Notes: generated by a model from the sequence alone, not told the origin. A DNA stretch of 64,000 nt from an uncultured bacterium (GCA_963777505.1 CAVZQN010000004.1:832001-896000); one strand, 5' to 3'; counted from the stretch's first letter, positions 48,728 to 59,777 are shown. Translations and numbers: made by a program.

Positions 48728-51403
48728 TTAATGCGAAAGTAAATAGATATCGGCTTGCATGGCTGGCTGCGCAAAAATAATTGTGGAAAGATCACGCGTA
48801 AAATCGTAACCATTCCCTTCAAAGGATAACGGAAAAGAGAAGGGCACCTTCAATGCGACCTCCGGAGATCCAATCAATTTTCCATTTTTCCAATTTGCAC
48901 GATAAAAAAGGATTTCATTATTATCACTTTCTACTGCATAAAGAAATGATTGATCATCCGGCGCGATCCGCACCATCATCGTAGGAACATCTCGAATTAA
49001 CAATATCGATTCTTTAGTCTCCAGAATTAACGAAGAAATTCCTGTCTTCTCACCTTCAGTTGCGCGGCCAATTAGATATTTACCGTCACTGGTTATATCG
49101 CCTACAACAAAGCCATTTTGAGTTACAAGTTCCATGTCTGAAGTTTCTGGTGAAACTTTCCAAATTGTACGGTCTGGATTTTGTCCTGTCCGAACGGACA
49201 TATAGATTGACTTACCATCTGACGACCAGATCATATTACTGATGTTGCCTTCCATCGGTTTTAATGCTTTGACTTTTCGGCCGTCCGCACTACCAACAAA
49301 TGGTTTATTTATATCCAGAAAAACAAAACGAGAGGAATCTCTTGTCCAGTCTCCGGTACCGATACCGGTTCCTTCACCGATTCGAATCCCCCTTGAACTT
49401 CCATCTGTGGGCGAGATCCAAAGCTGATCATTTGAATTACCAGAACCGAATTTTAAAAACATGATCATTTTGCCATCAGGGGAAATCACCGGCTGAGATG
49501 AAACTTCTTCGATGATTCTTTTGACTTCTCCTGTTTTCGAGTCATATCGAACCAATGCGCCGGATCCTCTGCCATTCACATAATAAATTCCACCGCCACG
49601 ATCGGGCATCGGCTCAAGATCAGGGCCTGGTCCGAAGGTAACCTGCGTGAACTTTTTCTTATCCAGATCAAACTTCCAAATGTTTTCGATTCCATTTTCT
49701 CGCTTACGTAAAAGAATGCTGTGATCTGGCTTATACCAAGCAAAATCTCCAGAAAAGTCGTTTATAACAGCTAAATCTTCAAAAATGCGATCATTTAGAT
49801 TCACTTTATAAATATGAGCTTCAGTCGCCGGATTCATTCGAGCGCGAACCAATAGTTGATTTGGATCAGTAAAAGGCAGGATTGTGGTTGGGACTATGTT
49901 TTCTTTAAACTCAAATACGCTCTGTTCATTAATGCCCGTCTTTTCGCTTCGATAGATTACGTTTCTACCTGCATTTTTGAAGTAATAAAGATATTTACCA
50001 TCGGAAGATGGTTCGACATTTAGGCCGGCCACAACAAACTCTGGTTTGCCGCCAAGGGTCGGTACTGCCCAGGTTTCCTCCCGGCCGAAATCCCTGCGGT
50101 AATAGATTTTCGTTCCATCTGCTGAAAAACTTGAAACAAGTTTACTCCCGACATCATTCGTGAGCTGAAGCGGTTCACCGCCTGTTGTAAGCATTACGAA
50201 CACCTGAAGTATGTTGTCTACTGGTGCACTGAATGCAATTGCATGTCCATCAGGAGAAATTCTGGATTCGATAATTTCCTTATTCCAATTGCTGATCTGA
50301 CGCACCTTTGTCGGAAGTTTTTCTTCCGGTTCCGGCCAAAATTTATATGCAGCAAAGCCTGCTGCTAAAAGAACAGCTAAAAGCCCTGCGAAGAGAAACT
50401 TCTTTTTGTTTGAAGCCGGTGGCGCGGTTCCTGTCGTTGACACTTCCGCTGGCCGAGCAATTGTTTGGGAACTTGCAACCGGCACAGAGACGGAAGCAGA
50501 ACGGCCTGAATCGATTTCCCGTTTCAACCGTTTCAAGTCAGCGCGCATTTCCGACGCAGTCTGGCATCGTACATCGCGATCTTTTTCCAGAGCTTTGCGG
50601 ATGATACGATCCAATTCAGGATGCGTTTCAGGATTTAATCTTGTTGGAGGGATCGGATCTTTATTCAGGATCGCTTCAAACACAACGGCTGAAGTTGGAC
50701 CGCTGAAAGCCTGTCGTCTTGTGATCATTTCGTATAGCACTGCCCCGAATGAAAACAGATCGGTGCGTGTGTCAATGTCTGCTCCGCGTGCCTGTTCGGG
50801 AGACATGTATGCAATTGTTCCGATTGTCATTCCTGGACTTGTCAGCGATTCAGGATTTTCTTGCGTTTGCATCGCAGATGCTTCGCCTTGCAGCGTACGG
50901 GATGGAAGTAATTTCGCGAGACCAAAATCAAGCACCTTTGCGTGACCACGTGAAGTCACAAAAAGATTTGCAGGTTTAATGTCACGATGAATTATGTTCT
51001 TGCTGTGAGCAGCATCCAGAGCATCTGAAATCTGAATGGCAAGTTCGACAATTCCTTCAGTCGAAAATTGTTTTGCTTCAATGCCATGCTTTAATGTCAT
51101 CCCTTCAAGCAATTCCATGACGATGTAATGGACGAATGGTCCGTCATTTGATCCGTTTTCACTGAGATGATCCGCGCCGATGTCGTAAATTGTGCAGATA
51201 TTGGGATGATTCAATGCAGATGCGGAACGTGCTTCGCGTTGAAGCCGTTCCAGGGCTTGTTTGTCATTGGCAAGTTCTTGCGGCAGAAATTTTAGCGCAA
51301 CTCCACGGCCAAGGCGCACATCCTCAGCGCGATAGACAACCCCCATTCCTCCGCCGCCTAGCCGCTCAATGATTCGGTAGTGCGAAATTGTCTTACCAAT
51401 CAT
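48728..51403 (-). CDS. Membrane Ser/Thr kinase with TolB-like beta-propeller
   Basis: [29 protein letters not shown]; TM; SPDG repeats. Confidence 0.92.
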   Translation of the reverse strand: MIGKTISHYRIIERLGGGGMGVVYRAEDVRLGRGVALKFLPQELANDKQALERLQREARSASALNHPNICTIYDIGADHLSENGSNDGPFVHYIVMELLEGMTLKHGIEAKQFSTEGIVELAIQISDALDAAHSKNIIHRDIKPANLFVTSRGHAKVLDFGLAKLLPSRTLQGEASAMQTQENPESLTSPGMTIGTIAYMSPEQARGADIDTRTDLFSFGAVLYEMITRRQAFSGPTSAVVFEAILNKDPIPPTRLNPETHPELDRIIRKALEKDRDVRCQTASEMRADLKRLKREIDSGRSASVSVPVASSQTIARPAEVSTTGTAPPASNKKKFLFAGLLAVLLAAGFAAYKFWPEPEEKLPTKVRQISNWNKEIIESRISPDGHAIAFSAPVDNILQVFVMLTTGGEPLQLTNDVGSKLVSSFSADGTKIYYRRDFGREETWAVPTLGGKPEFVVAGLNVEPSSDGKYLYYFKNAGRNVIYRSEKTGINEQSVFEFKENIVPTTILPFTDPNQLLVRARMNPATEAHIYKVNLNDRIFEDLAVINDFSGDFAWYKPDHSILLRKRENGIENIWKFDLDKKKFTQVTFGPGPDLEPMPDRGGGIYYVNGRGSGALVRYDSKTGEVKRIIEEVSSQPVISPDGKMIMFLKFGSGNSNDQLWISPTDGSSRGIRIGEGTGIGTGDWTRDSSRFVFLDINKPFVGSADGRKVKALKPMEGNISNMIWSSDGKSIYMSVRTGQNPDRTIWKVSPETSDMELVTQNGFVVGDITSDGKYLIGRATEGEKTGISSLILETKESILLIRDVPTMMVRIAPDDQSFLYAVESDNNEILFYRANWKNGKLIGSPEVALKVPFSFPLSFEGNGYDFTRDLSTIIFAQPAMQADIYLLSH

Positions 51404-51469
51404 CGGCAGAAAGTTTACTACACTTTCTCTATGACTCTGTGGTAAAAAAAGTACAAGGAGAAAACGACT

Positions 51470-53239
51470 ATGAATCGTAGAGAGTTTATGCGGAATTCAG
51501 CGATCGCAATGACAGCAGCGGGTATTTCGGCGGATGTATCTGCAACAGAAAATGCAGCGACTCCTGTTGCAATGGAATCATTGCCAAGAGTTGGACCAAA
51601 ACAGACCGTCAAAGGAAAAAAAGCGGTAGCCAGCAGTGACAATCCGATCGTTACCCAAACGATGCTTGATGTAATGCGAGACGGAGGCAATGCAGTCGAT
51701 GCTGCAGTTGCTGGATGTTTAGTGCAAGCCACAGTTGCGCCTCATATGACAAACCATACGGGAACCGTGATGTTCCTGTATTGGGAAGCAAAAACGGGGA
51801 AGTCGTATGCGCTTGATAGTTCCGGAACGCTGGTACCAGGAATGGCGCCATTCCGTCCAGTTCCGCCTGGATTGGGAGTCCTGGATTCCGGACCTGTTGC
51901 GCCGATGGGATGTATTCCTGGATTCATGCCTGGTCTGAATGAAATGCATAAACGTTTTTCTACGAAGTCATGGTCGTCCTTGTGTGAACCTTCAATTCGT
52001 TGGGCCGAAGAAGGCTTTCCAATCTCTTCATTCATGCATTCAGTATTAGCTGAGGAGATGCCACTTTATGCATATTTTCCAGAAGGACGTGAATTGTTTA
52101 CGCCGAATGGATTTCTTCCGCAAGTCGGCGATCGATTAAAAAATCCAAAACTCGCACAGACGTTGAAAAGGCTTTCTGCCGAAGGACCTGAATATTTTAC
52201 AAAAGGGGATTGGGCAAAACATTTTGTCGCTGAAGCAAATCGATTGGGCTGGAATATCAAATTGGAACACATGACAGAAATTCCGCCAAGATGGGATGAG
52301 CCATTGAAGTATGAATACAATGGTTACGAAATTCTGCAGTTTGGTCCGCCGCAACGTCAGGCACTTTTTACAGCGTACGTTCTCAATGTGCTGAATTTGT
52401 TGAACATCAAATCGTTGGGACATTATTCGAAATCTCCTGAGACGCTTTACTATTTCGCACATGCGATGCGACGCGCACAGTTTGAACTTGGAATGCTGCA
52501 TGATCCAAAACATTTCGATGTGCCAGTTGATGTCTGGATGTCAAAAGATTTTTATCGCATGGCAGCGGAAATTTTGAAACGAAGTAGGCCCAAAATTGAT
52601 TTGACCGAACATGTGAAAGTCACATCAGGAAATCCTGCATTAATCGCTGCTGGAATTCCTGCAGGTACGCCTGATAAACGCGCGGTCCATGTTGGAAGTT
52701 GTGAGCTGAGCATTGTGGATCAACAAGGAAACTGGGTGCAGATGATGAATACACTGCAATCCGGTGGCATTCCAGGCGCCGTTGTGGATGGTGTGATTAT
52801 GGTGGGGAGTCATGCACAAACATCGATGGATTCTCCGATTGCAGGATGGCTTACCGGTGGTTGTAGAATGCGCAGCGTTTATGGCAGCACGATTGTGCTG
52901 AAAAACGGACGCCCGATTTTATCGATGGGTACTCCAGGCAGTCCGCATTTTACGATGCCGATCGTTTTGTCCAATGTACTTGATTTCGGAATGGATCCGT
53001 ATGATGCGGCTGATGCTCCGCGTATGGCACCGATCAGAGACGATTACACGATTGAAGTTGAGAGTCGCGTGCCACAATCAGTATTCAGTGGATTGTTAAA
53101 ACTCGGAGTTCATGTGCGCGCACTTCAAATGTATGACTATCATATGGGTTCTTTCCAAATGTGCTGGCGCGATGAAACGACAGGGTTGCTGAATACGTGC
53201 GCCGATCCGCGCAGAGCAGGAAACGCGGACGGCTTTTAA
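51470..53239 (+). CDS. Tat-exported gamma-glutamyltransferase-family Ntn hydrolase (divergent active site)
   Basis: NRREFM Tat motif; [10 protein letters not shown]; SIVD..GN; GTPG; ADPRR. Confidence 0.85.
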   Translation: MNRREFMRNSAIAMTAAGISADVSATENAATPVAMESLPRVGPKQTVKGKKAVASSDNPIVTQTMLDVMRDGGNAVDAAVAGCLVQATVAPHMTNHTGTVMFLYWEAKTGKSYALDSSGTLVPGMAPFRPVPPGLGVLDSGPVAPMGCIPGFMPGLNEMHKRFSTKSWSSLCEPSIRWAEEGFPISSFMHSVLAEEMPLYAYFPEGRELFTPNGFLPQVGDRLKNPKLAQTLKRLSAEGPEYFTKGDWAKHFVAEANRLGWNIKLEHMTEIPPRWDEPLKYEYNGYEILQFGPPQRQALFTAYVLNVLNLLNIKSLGHYSKSPETLYYFAHAMRRAQFELGMLHDPKHFDVPVDVWMSKDFYRMAAEILKRSRPKIDLTEHVKVTSGNPALIAAGIPAGTPDKRAVHVGSCELSIVDQQGNWVQMMNTLQSGGIPGAVVDGVIMVGSHAQTSMDSPIAGWLTGGCRMRSVYGSTIVLKNGRPILSMGTPGSPHFTMPIVLSNVLDFGMDPYDAADAPRMAPIRDDYTIEVESRVPQSVFSGLLKLGVHVRALQMYDYHMGSFQMCWRDETTGLLNTCADPRRAGNADGF

Positions 53240-53353
53240 GGGAGCGCGGACGTCTCGTCCGCATCAGGAATCGCATATTGCAATCGATTGTAGATTGTAC
53301 GATTTAATATTGGAACTATAAAATTTGCAATTTGCAATCGTACAATCTGCAAT
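53240..53353. repeat. REP singlet followed by a heptamer hairpin (GATTGYA)n/(TRCAATY)n
   Basis: GGAGCGCGGACGTCTCGTCCGC; ATTGCAATCGATTGTAGATTGTACGATT...TTTGCAATTTGCAATCGTACAATCTGCAAT. Confidence 0.68.
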
Positions 53354-53373
53354 AAATCTTTAGAAGTTTTCGA

Positions 53374-54368
53374 ATTTACCGCAGAGCTACGCAGAGATAA
53401 TCGACATTCGCATCACCATCATCTTCAAAGGTTGACTGTTACGCGTAAAAAAGTAGCAGCGATTGATGTGCCACCATCAGTACTCGTGTTGTGCGCTTTC
53501 GCCAGTTCCACAAGCTGATTGTGCAGTTCCTCAACTTTTCCATTCTTTTCGGCAGCTTCGTAAGCGTTCATTGTGGGGCCGTAGAATTGCCTGAACATTT
53601 CAATCACTTGTGTTGGGTTCTGATCAGGCGAGATGAATCGGAATGTGTCTTTGATGAATGATATCTTTTCTCTGGCTACTCCTGCCTTGGCAAAACGTTC
53701 GACGACATGATCCTCTACACCCCACGTCATGGGGCTGATGAAGCCTTCCGGCGGTGGAGGTGTGAACGACGAGCTGATTTTTAGCACCTGTGCCACGAAA
53801 GTTGGATCGTTCGGAATCCAGTTGCCCATCACGATGCGGCCGCCTGGTTTTGTAACCCGAACCATTTCCCTGGCTACATCGAAAGGTTTGGGTGCGAACA
53901 TGGCGCCAAAAATGGAAATTGTCAAATCAAACGAATGGTCTTCTACGCCTTGTAAGTTACACGCGTCTCCTACCATGAATTTCAAATTGTTGAGCTTCGC
54001 TTCCGCTGCCCGCCTGTTTCCGGCCTCAACGAGATTTTCGGCTATGTCGATACCGACAACTTCAGCTCCCAAACGGGCCATAGGAACTGCCGTCGTACCA
54101 TCTCCGCATCCGAGGTCCAACACCCGAAGAGGCGGCTTGACCCCGATTGAATTCACAAGGGTTTCTCCAGATTCACGCATCAGGGAAGCAATCCTGGTAA
54201 AATCGCCCTTCTCCCACAAAGCTTTGTTCGGATTCATATTCACTCCTCAGGGACATGTATGATTCGCGGCCATGAGAAGCTCCGCGCCGCAAATTATTGT
54301 TAAGCCTAACTATGACTGCGCTTTATACAATTTGCAATTTGCAATCTCTGCGTATCTCTGCGGTAAAT
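53374..54368. mobile_element. Gene module bounded by 25-bp inverted repeats (24/25 match)
   Basis: ATTTACCGCAGAGCTACGCAGAGAT at 53374-53398 and ATCTCTGCGTATCTCTGCGGTAAAT at 54344-54368; mobility is inferred only. Confidence 0.45.
53425..54237 (-). CDS. Class I SAM-dependent methyltransferase
   Basis: VLDLGCGDG, GID, GDA, FGAMFAP and RV.KPGG motifs. Confidence 0.9.
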   Translation of the reverse strand: MNPNKALWEKGDFTRIASLMRESGETLVNSIGVKPPLRVLDLGCGDGTTAVPMARLGAEVVGIDIAENLVEAGNRRAAEAKLNNLKFMVGDACNLQGVEDHSFDLTISIFGAMFAPKPFDVAREMVRVTKPGGRIVMGNWIPNDPTFVAQVLKISSSFTPPPPEGFISPMTWGVEDHVVERFAKAGVAREKISFIKDTFRFISPDQNPTQVIEMFRQFYGPTMNAYEAAEKNGKVEELHNQLVELAKAHNTSTDGGTSIAATFLRVTVNL

Positions 54369-54379
54369 CGCTAGAATCT

Positions 54380-56800
54380 TTATTCGTTACGAAGTGCGAT
54401 CGCTGGATCTACTTTCAATGCTCGCTTTGCAGGAACAACCGATGCAAACAGTGAAACAACTAGCAAAGCAGCCGGTACGATAAAGAAGGTGAATGGGTCA
54501 AATGCTTTGACATTGAACAGCTCACTTGAGATCAGAGTTGCAAAGCCGAAAGAGATGGGTAATCCGATGATGAGTGCGATCGCAAATTGTTTTAGACCGC
54601 TGTTCAGGAACATATTCACTAATTCCTTATCAACAGCGCCAAGAGCACGCCGGACGCCAATTTCACGCTTGCGTTGATTCACCGTGTATGCAAGAACAGC
54701 ATATTGTCCAGTTGCCGCTAACAAAATCGCTGCGATTGCAAAAATCCCAAATAAAGTTGCAAGAAACGAAGTTCCAAATCTTCCGATCTGAATCCATTCA
54801 TCTAAGAGTCGAACCCAATATACAGGCAAATCGGGATCGATCTCTTGAACTGCTTTTCTTAAGCTTTCCGAATAACGCATTGGATTGTCCGTTGTTCGAA
54901 GCACAATACTAACGAAGCGTGGCACTTCTTGTTCGATTGGAAGATAAAGAGTTGGGCTTAGCTTTTCATCCACTTCATCCTGCTGGACGTTGCTGACTAC
55001 ACCGACAACTGTTAGCCACGGATTATTTTCATTGAGCTCACCAAGTCGCAGACGTTGTCCCACTGCATCCGCTCCCGGCCAGAATTGTTCAGCAAGCATT
55101 TTATTCACAATCACAACCTTCTGAGCATCCTTGTGATCCCTTGAATCGAAAAAACGTCCTTTGATCAAAGGCACTTTGAAAGTTGTGAAATAATTTGGAG
55201 CAATGCTTGCTTGATGAGCAACAGGAAGAAGATTGGATTCCGTGGTAGAGTTTTTCTCCGTTGTAACGTAGTTCGAAGGAACAAAAGTGCCGGGTAAGCT
55301 GGATGTAATCGTAGCGGATTGAATTCCCTGGATCGCACCAAGGCGTTCAATGAGTTTTTGATAGAAACGAAGTTGTGAATCTGAATCAGGATATTGAGCC
55401 TCAAAAAGTCCAATGCGTCCTGTTAATATGCCATCAATGTTTGCGCCTAGTTCAATATGACGTAACTTCAACACGCTGCGTGTCATCAATCCGGCTGAAA
55501 TTAAAAGTACACACGAAAGCGCGATTTGACCTGTGACCAGACTGCGACTCACTTTTCCAAGAGGCTTTGCTGAAGAATATCCTCCTTGATGCAACGATGT
55601 AACAAGATCCGTTCTGGATGCACGAAATGATGGAAGCAAGCCTGCCAGAAGAGCTGCAAACAAAGCGGCACCGATTCCGAACAGCAGCGTACGCCAATCT
55701 GTCCCCATTTCGATCCAGTAAGGCGGAGCCATATTAGGATTATTTTTTAATGTCGCTATTGTGTAATGTCCAGCCCATTCAGCCAACAAAGATCCAATAA
55801 GTCCACCGGCAAAACTGATCACAACACATTCTGTGAATATGTTTACGATGAGTCGCCATCGATCGGCTCCGAGTGCAGAACGGATTGCAAACTCGCGGGA
55901 ACGAGCGAGCGAACGTGCTAACGTGAGGTTCGCAACATTACCACACGCAATTAACAGAACTAAAAGGACTGCTCCAAACATTGCGAATAGGATCGATCGA
56001 GTTTCGTCATCTACATATTCCCGTTCATAAGGTTTCACAACAGGCACGAGCCCTTTGATTTCCGGATTCTCTTTCGCCTGACGTTCCGCTATGGTGCGGA
56101 ATTCGGAGCGAACGTGTGCAATCGTTGCTCCTTTTCGTAAACGTCCAAAGACTTCGAGGTTGGCGCTGTCACTGCGTTTCACATTGCTGATGTCCAGTGA
56201 TAACGGAATCCAAACATCTTCCCGTGCCGGAAATCTAAAATCGGGAGGCATGACACCAACAACAACTGTGTTTCGTGCGTTTACGCGAATGGTTTGACCG
56301 ATAATATTAGGATTTGCGTCATATCGATTTCGCCAAAGATGATAGCCAAGAATTACTACTGGGTTTGCGCCAGGTTGATCTTCGCCTGTAACGAATAACC
56401 GGCCGAGATGCGGTTTTATTTTGAGCACATCAAAAACATTCGTGGTGACGTAGGCTCCATCAAATCTTTCTGGTCTTGAATTGCCGCTTAAGTTAATCGT
56501 CCCTTGATAAAATGCGGCAAGGCTTTCCATATTTCGCTGCGAGACGCGCCACTCAAGGAAGTCATGAACAGGGACAGATAAGCTGTCCTCACCTTGCGAT
56601 GGATTGCTCCATTCCATATGAACGAGTTGATCCGATTCATGAAAAGGTAAAGGCCTCAGAATAAATGCATTGATTGCACCGAACATGAACATCGTTAATG
56701 CGAGTCCGGTTCCTAAAATCAGAATTGAGATGAGAGTGTTTCCAGGATGTCGAAGTAAGATACGAAAGCTCAGAGCGAGTTCCCTCAGAAATGGTCGCAT
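54380..56800 (-). CDS. Duplicated MacB/FtsX ABC permease (ADOP type), orphan
   Basis: Two MacB-PCD/FtsX repeats; LIACGNVANL, REFAIRSALGA, EIGVRRALGA, DP..ALR.E. Confidence 0.9.
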   Translation of the reverse strand: MRPFLRELALSFRILLRHPGNTLISILILGTGLALTMFMFGAINAFILRPLPFHESDQLVHMEWSNPSQGEDSLSVPVHDFLEWRVSQRNMESLAAFYQGTINLSGNSRPERFDGAYVTTNVFDVLKIKPHLGRLFVTGEDQPGANPVVILGYHLWRNRYDANPNIIGQTIRVNARNTVVVGVMPPDFRFPAREDVWIPLSLDISNVKRSDSANLEVFGRLRKGATIAHVRSEFRTIAERQAKENPEIKGLVPVVKPYEREYVDDETRSILFAMFGAVLLVLLIACGNVANLTLARSLARSREFAIRSALGADRWRLIVNIFTECVVISFAGGLIGSLLAEWAGHYTIATLKNNPNMAPPYWIEMGTDWRTLLFGIGAALFAALLAGLLPSFRASRTDLVTSLHQGGYSSAKPLGKVSRSLVTGQIALSCVLLISAGLMTRSVLKLRHIELGANIDGILTGRIGLFEAQYPDSDSQLRFYQKLIERLGAIQGIQSATITSSLPGTFVPSNYVTTEKNSTTESNLLPVAHQASIAPNYFTTFKVPLIKGRFFDSRDHKDAQKVVIVNKMLAEQFWPGADAVGQRLRLGELNENNPWLTVVGVVSNVQQDEVDEKLSPTLYLPIEQEVPRFVSIVLRTTDNPMRYSESLRKAVQEIDPDLPVYWVRLLDEWIQIGRFGTSFLATLFGIFAIAAILLAATGQYAVLAYTVNQRKREIGVRRALGAVDKELVNMFLNSGLKQFAIALIIGLPISFGFATLISSELFNVKAFDPFTFFIVPAALLVVSLFASVVPAKRALKVDPAIALRNE

Positions 56801-56830
56801 TCACTACCCTCCTGCGCGCAACATGCGACG

Positions 56831-56913
56831 TGCAAGTGTAATGCCATCCATTCTTCCTCTAAAACGCAATTGAGTGTGTTCATATGTGGGATTTATTTAG
56901 TCAAAAGCGAACA
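56831..56913 (-). promoter_or_regulatory. Sigma54 -24/-12 promoter with two upstream activator-like sites
   Basis: Minus-strand TGGCATTACACTTGCA at 56831-56846; 15-bp imperfect TGT..ACA-type sites at 56877-56891 and 56899-56913. Confidence 0.6.
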
Positions 56914-56949
56914 GGAAGAATTTTTAATCGCAAAGTCGCTGAGAGATTT

Positions 56950-58668
56950 TTATTGAAGTGTTAGCCGGAAGGCGGCCATTTCTTGAGCGTTTCGAACGAG
57001 AAGGATATTGCCAACTAGCACAGGATGATTCCAAGTTTTCCCTTTGATAGCCTGGAACCGTGCGACTTCTGTGAACTGTTCAGGCACAGCCTTGACTAGT
57101 GCAAGCTCGCCTCGTTCTGACAAGATCAATAGCAAGTCTTGATCCGCGATCAGCACAAGTTGTCCATTTCCAAATTTTCCACCCTTCCACTTTTTGGCAC
57201 CCTCTTTAAGATCGATGCAAGCCACATAGCGTCCGTCAAATCCGTAAGCATGACCTTTGTGAACAACAAAGTCGGTGAAGTATGGTTTTAGACCGATCGA
57301 TGTCCAACGCTCTTTGGCAGTCCATCCTGAAGTATTCTTTGTTACTGCGAGGCGTCGTGTTCCGCCTCGATCACTAACACTGATTAATACATCCCCGTCT
57401 GCAGTTAAAGCAGGCTGCACAATTGGGTAACCTTTCCAATCGTGTTTCCAGAGCAGTTTTCCATCAGTGGGTGAAACGCTACTTAAACCTGCGCCGCTCA
57501 ATACAAGAATTTGCGGCACTTCGTTAATGGTCATTAAGTGGGGTGAACTGTAGCTCTCAGCACCCACTGGACCTGTCCATCGTGGATTGCCATTAGATAC
57601 ATCGTAGGCTACTAAAACGCCGGAAATGGCAACGACAACGATATCATTGACTACTAGAGGTGAGCTCGAAAATCCCCAAATTGGCACTTTCGTTTTTGTT
57701 TCAGTCGCTGGATTCCTAGACCAGATAACTGAACCATCAACTGCATTCAGCGCATTCAGGATTCCAGTTCCACCAATTGTATAGATACGACCATTACTAA
57801 TTGTTGGAGTTCCACGCGGACCTGCACCACCATTGGATTCCCAGAACCGTGCTTTATCTGTGTGCTTCCACACCGGCTCACCAGTTGTCAATTTATAACA
57901 AGCAACGACTTCCTCATCTCCACGTTGTTCCTGCGTATAAAAAAAGTTGTCGCGTGCTGCGAATGATGACCAGCCAGGTCCGATGGGCCGCCGCCATAAT
58001 TCAGCAGGTGGCGATGCAGACCAATTGGTTTGAATACTTACACCATGAATAATGCTGTCGCGATTCGGTCCGCGGAAACCAGGCCAATCTGCATTCGTTA
58101 TATTTCCCGGCTGCGCTGTTGAGCCTGCTGTAGCTTTGTCAGTTAATTTATCTGTTAGTTGATCTTCAGGAGTTGCCGACCAACGCCACGCGAGATCGTT
58201 ATCGAAATCACTTGTTATGCCACCGGTTCTAAGCAGGATCCAAATTCCTGCCGCAAGAAAAATTGTTGCAACCATTGTGATGCGGCGAGCGCCAAGAGAA
58301 AGGTGACGGGTTGCGACTGCCCATCCTACAAATGCGACAGCAACGATCGGGACTGACAGGATGTAAAACAACATCCCCATTCCACCCTTGGCAATCGACA
58401 CATGAATCAGGCGTGATGTAATGAAAATCGCAACTGCCATCAAAACAATTGCGGTCAAACGATCGAACCAAGGTGCGCGGCTGAAAAACAACCACCACAA
58501 AATAATCAGCAACGCGCCAATCAACCCTCCAAATACACCAATCAATAAAGCATCCGGAATAAAAACAGGAACGACATACTTGAGCAGCAACATTAGTACA
58601 GCAATGACCACGCCGGGCCACACTCGGAGGGATTTCGGATTCGATTCGCCTATCTGGGTCATAGACAT
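56950..58668 (-). CDS. PQQ-like (BamB-type) beta-propeller protein with N-terminal TM domain
   Basis: About 5 TM; DWPGFRGP.RD, G.GWSS, GPR.TP, SSP repeats, TWNHP. Confidence 0.85.
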   Translation of the reverse strand: MSMTQIGESNPKSLRVWPGVVIAVLMLLLKYVVPVFIPDALLIGVFGGLIGALLIILWWLFFSRAPWFDRLTAIVLMAVAIFITSRLIHVSIAKGGMGMLFYILSVPIVAVAFVGWAVATRHLSLGARRITMVATIFLAAGIWILLRTGGITSDFDNDLAWRWSATPEDQLTDKLTDKATAGSTAQPGNITNADWPGFRGPNRDSIIHGVSIQTNWSASPPAELWRRPIGPGWSSFAARDNFFYTQEQRGDEEVVACYKLTTGEPVWKHTDKARFWESNGGAGPRGTPTISNGRIYTIGGTGILNALNAVDGSVIWSRNPATETKTKVPIWGFSSSPLVVNDIVVVAISGVLVAYDVSNGNPRWTGPVGAESYSSPHLMTINEVPQILVLSGAGLSSVSPTDGKLLWKHDWKGYPIVQPALTADGDVLISVSDRGGTRRLAVTKNTSGWTAKERWTSIGLKPYFTDFVVHKGHAYGFDGRYVACIDLKEGAKKWKGGKFGNGQLVLIADQDLLLILSERGELALVKAVPEQFTEVARFQAIKGKTWNHPVLVGNILLVRNAQEMAAFRLTLQ

Positions 58669-58747
58669 ACTAAATCAAACGATTTTCAAAACTGGTTTGT
58701 TCCTGAGAACGTCTGCTTTGTTTATCGTACCATTAAACATTCTTATA

Positions 58748-59146
58748 CTACTCTATCTCAAGGCGCTGTTTCATATCAGCGTATGCAGATTCGATGAGTC
58801 TGACGAGGGCCGTCGCATTGATGTTGCTATCGGGCCTGAGCTTTACATGGCGCATGTACTTGCCGGTACCTTCCAGCAGTCCTGTTGGATCCTCAAGTTC
58901 GGCGCCGCGGAAAAATCCTACATTGACATGGTCTTTGAACGCATTGACATAAGCGAAGGCGGCATCAGCGATGCATGCGGTCGGGTGACCATCATGCAGC
59001 AATTCGCGTACATCATCTCCACACTGGCGGATGATGTCGAACCAATGCAGCGCGATATCACCCAATTCACCTGAGTGTTCGTTCATCCAGGCAGTGATTG
59101 CAGGATCTCGCTTGACCGAACCGAAGAATCGCAAGACTTGACTCAT
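58748..59146 (-). CDS. DUF1801 (YdhG-like) protein
   Basis: HVNVGFF.GA.L.DP..LLEG.GK.MRHVK motif. Confidence 0.82.
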   Translation of the reverse strand: MSQVLRFFGSVKRDPAITAWMNEHSGELGDIALHWFDIIRQCGDDVRELLHDGHPTACIADAAFAYVNAFKDHVNVGFFRGAELEDPTGLLEGTGKYMRHVKLRPDSNINATALVRLIESAYADMKQRLEIE

Positions 59147-59206
59147 AAAGTTGCGTGGCTCATGATTTTTGCGTCTTTGCGGTTCAAGGAGCTGAGCCGT
59201 ACAAAT

Positions 59207-59620
59207 TTATTGCTGGTTAGCGATAAAGGTGCCCTCGTTGATTACGCCGGGAAATCCTGAAAAGCTCCATTCGCCACGGATCGTTTCTCCTTCAAAAGTG
59301 CCACCCAGGAAAACATTATTATCCGCGACTCCAGGATTCAAATTAATCCCGATGGTCTGGCCATCAAATGAGCCTTCCAGTGTGCCTGTTCCAATTTGCG
59401 GACCTACTTCAACATCCGATGAACCAATTCTATCAAGCTCCCAGCGTCCGCTAACGCGAGTGGTGCTGACTTCATCAAGATAGATAAACCCTTCAACAAC
59501 CCGTATTCCTGAATGAAATGCGGTATAGCGATATCTTCCAGTTTGGGATGGATCGTCGTCACTACAACTCACAATAAAAACTGCTGCCAACAAAACAATT
59601 AAAAGTCGCAAATATTTCAT
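59207..59620 (-). CDS. Lipoprotein, beta-rich
   Basis: MKYLRLLIVLLAAVFIVSC lipobox. Confidence 0.7.
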   Translation of the reverse strand: MKYLRLLIVLLAAVFIVSCSDDDPSQTGRYRYTAFHSGIRVVEGFIYLDEVSTTRVSGRWELDRIGSSDVEVGPQIGTGTLEGSFDGQTIGINLNPGVADNNVFLGGTFEGETIRGEWSFSGFPGVINEGTFIANQQ

Positions 59621-59777
59621 TGATAACCCTCGATTCATATCTATGCAATAACTATACCCGAACTATGTTCGAGCAGTCCTGCTACCGACTCTCAAAAAAC
59701 TGTATAGCTCGTAACAGTAATCTGATTCTTCATTCATCTTTCCTCTTTCATATTTCATCGTTTAGAATAGAGTGCTT

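Noticed and set aside
54299-54310. Integron attC-like core GTTAAGCCTAAC
   Set aside because: No matching inverse core after the gene, no attC hairpin and no integrase.
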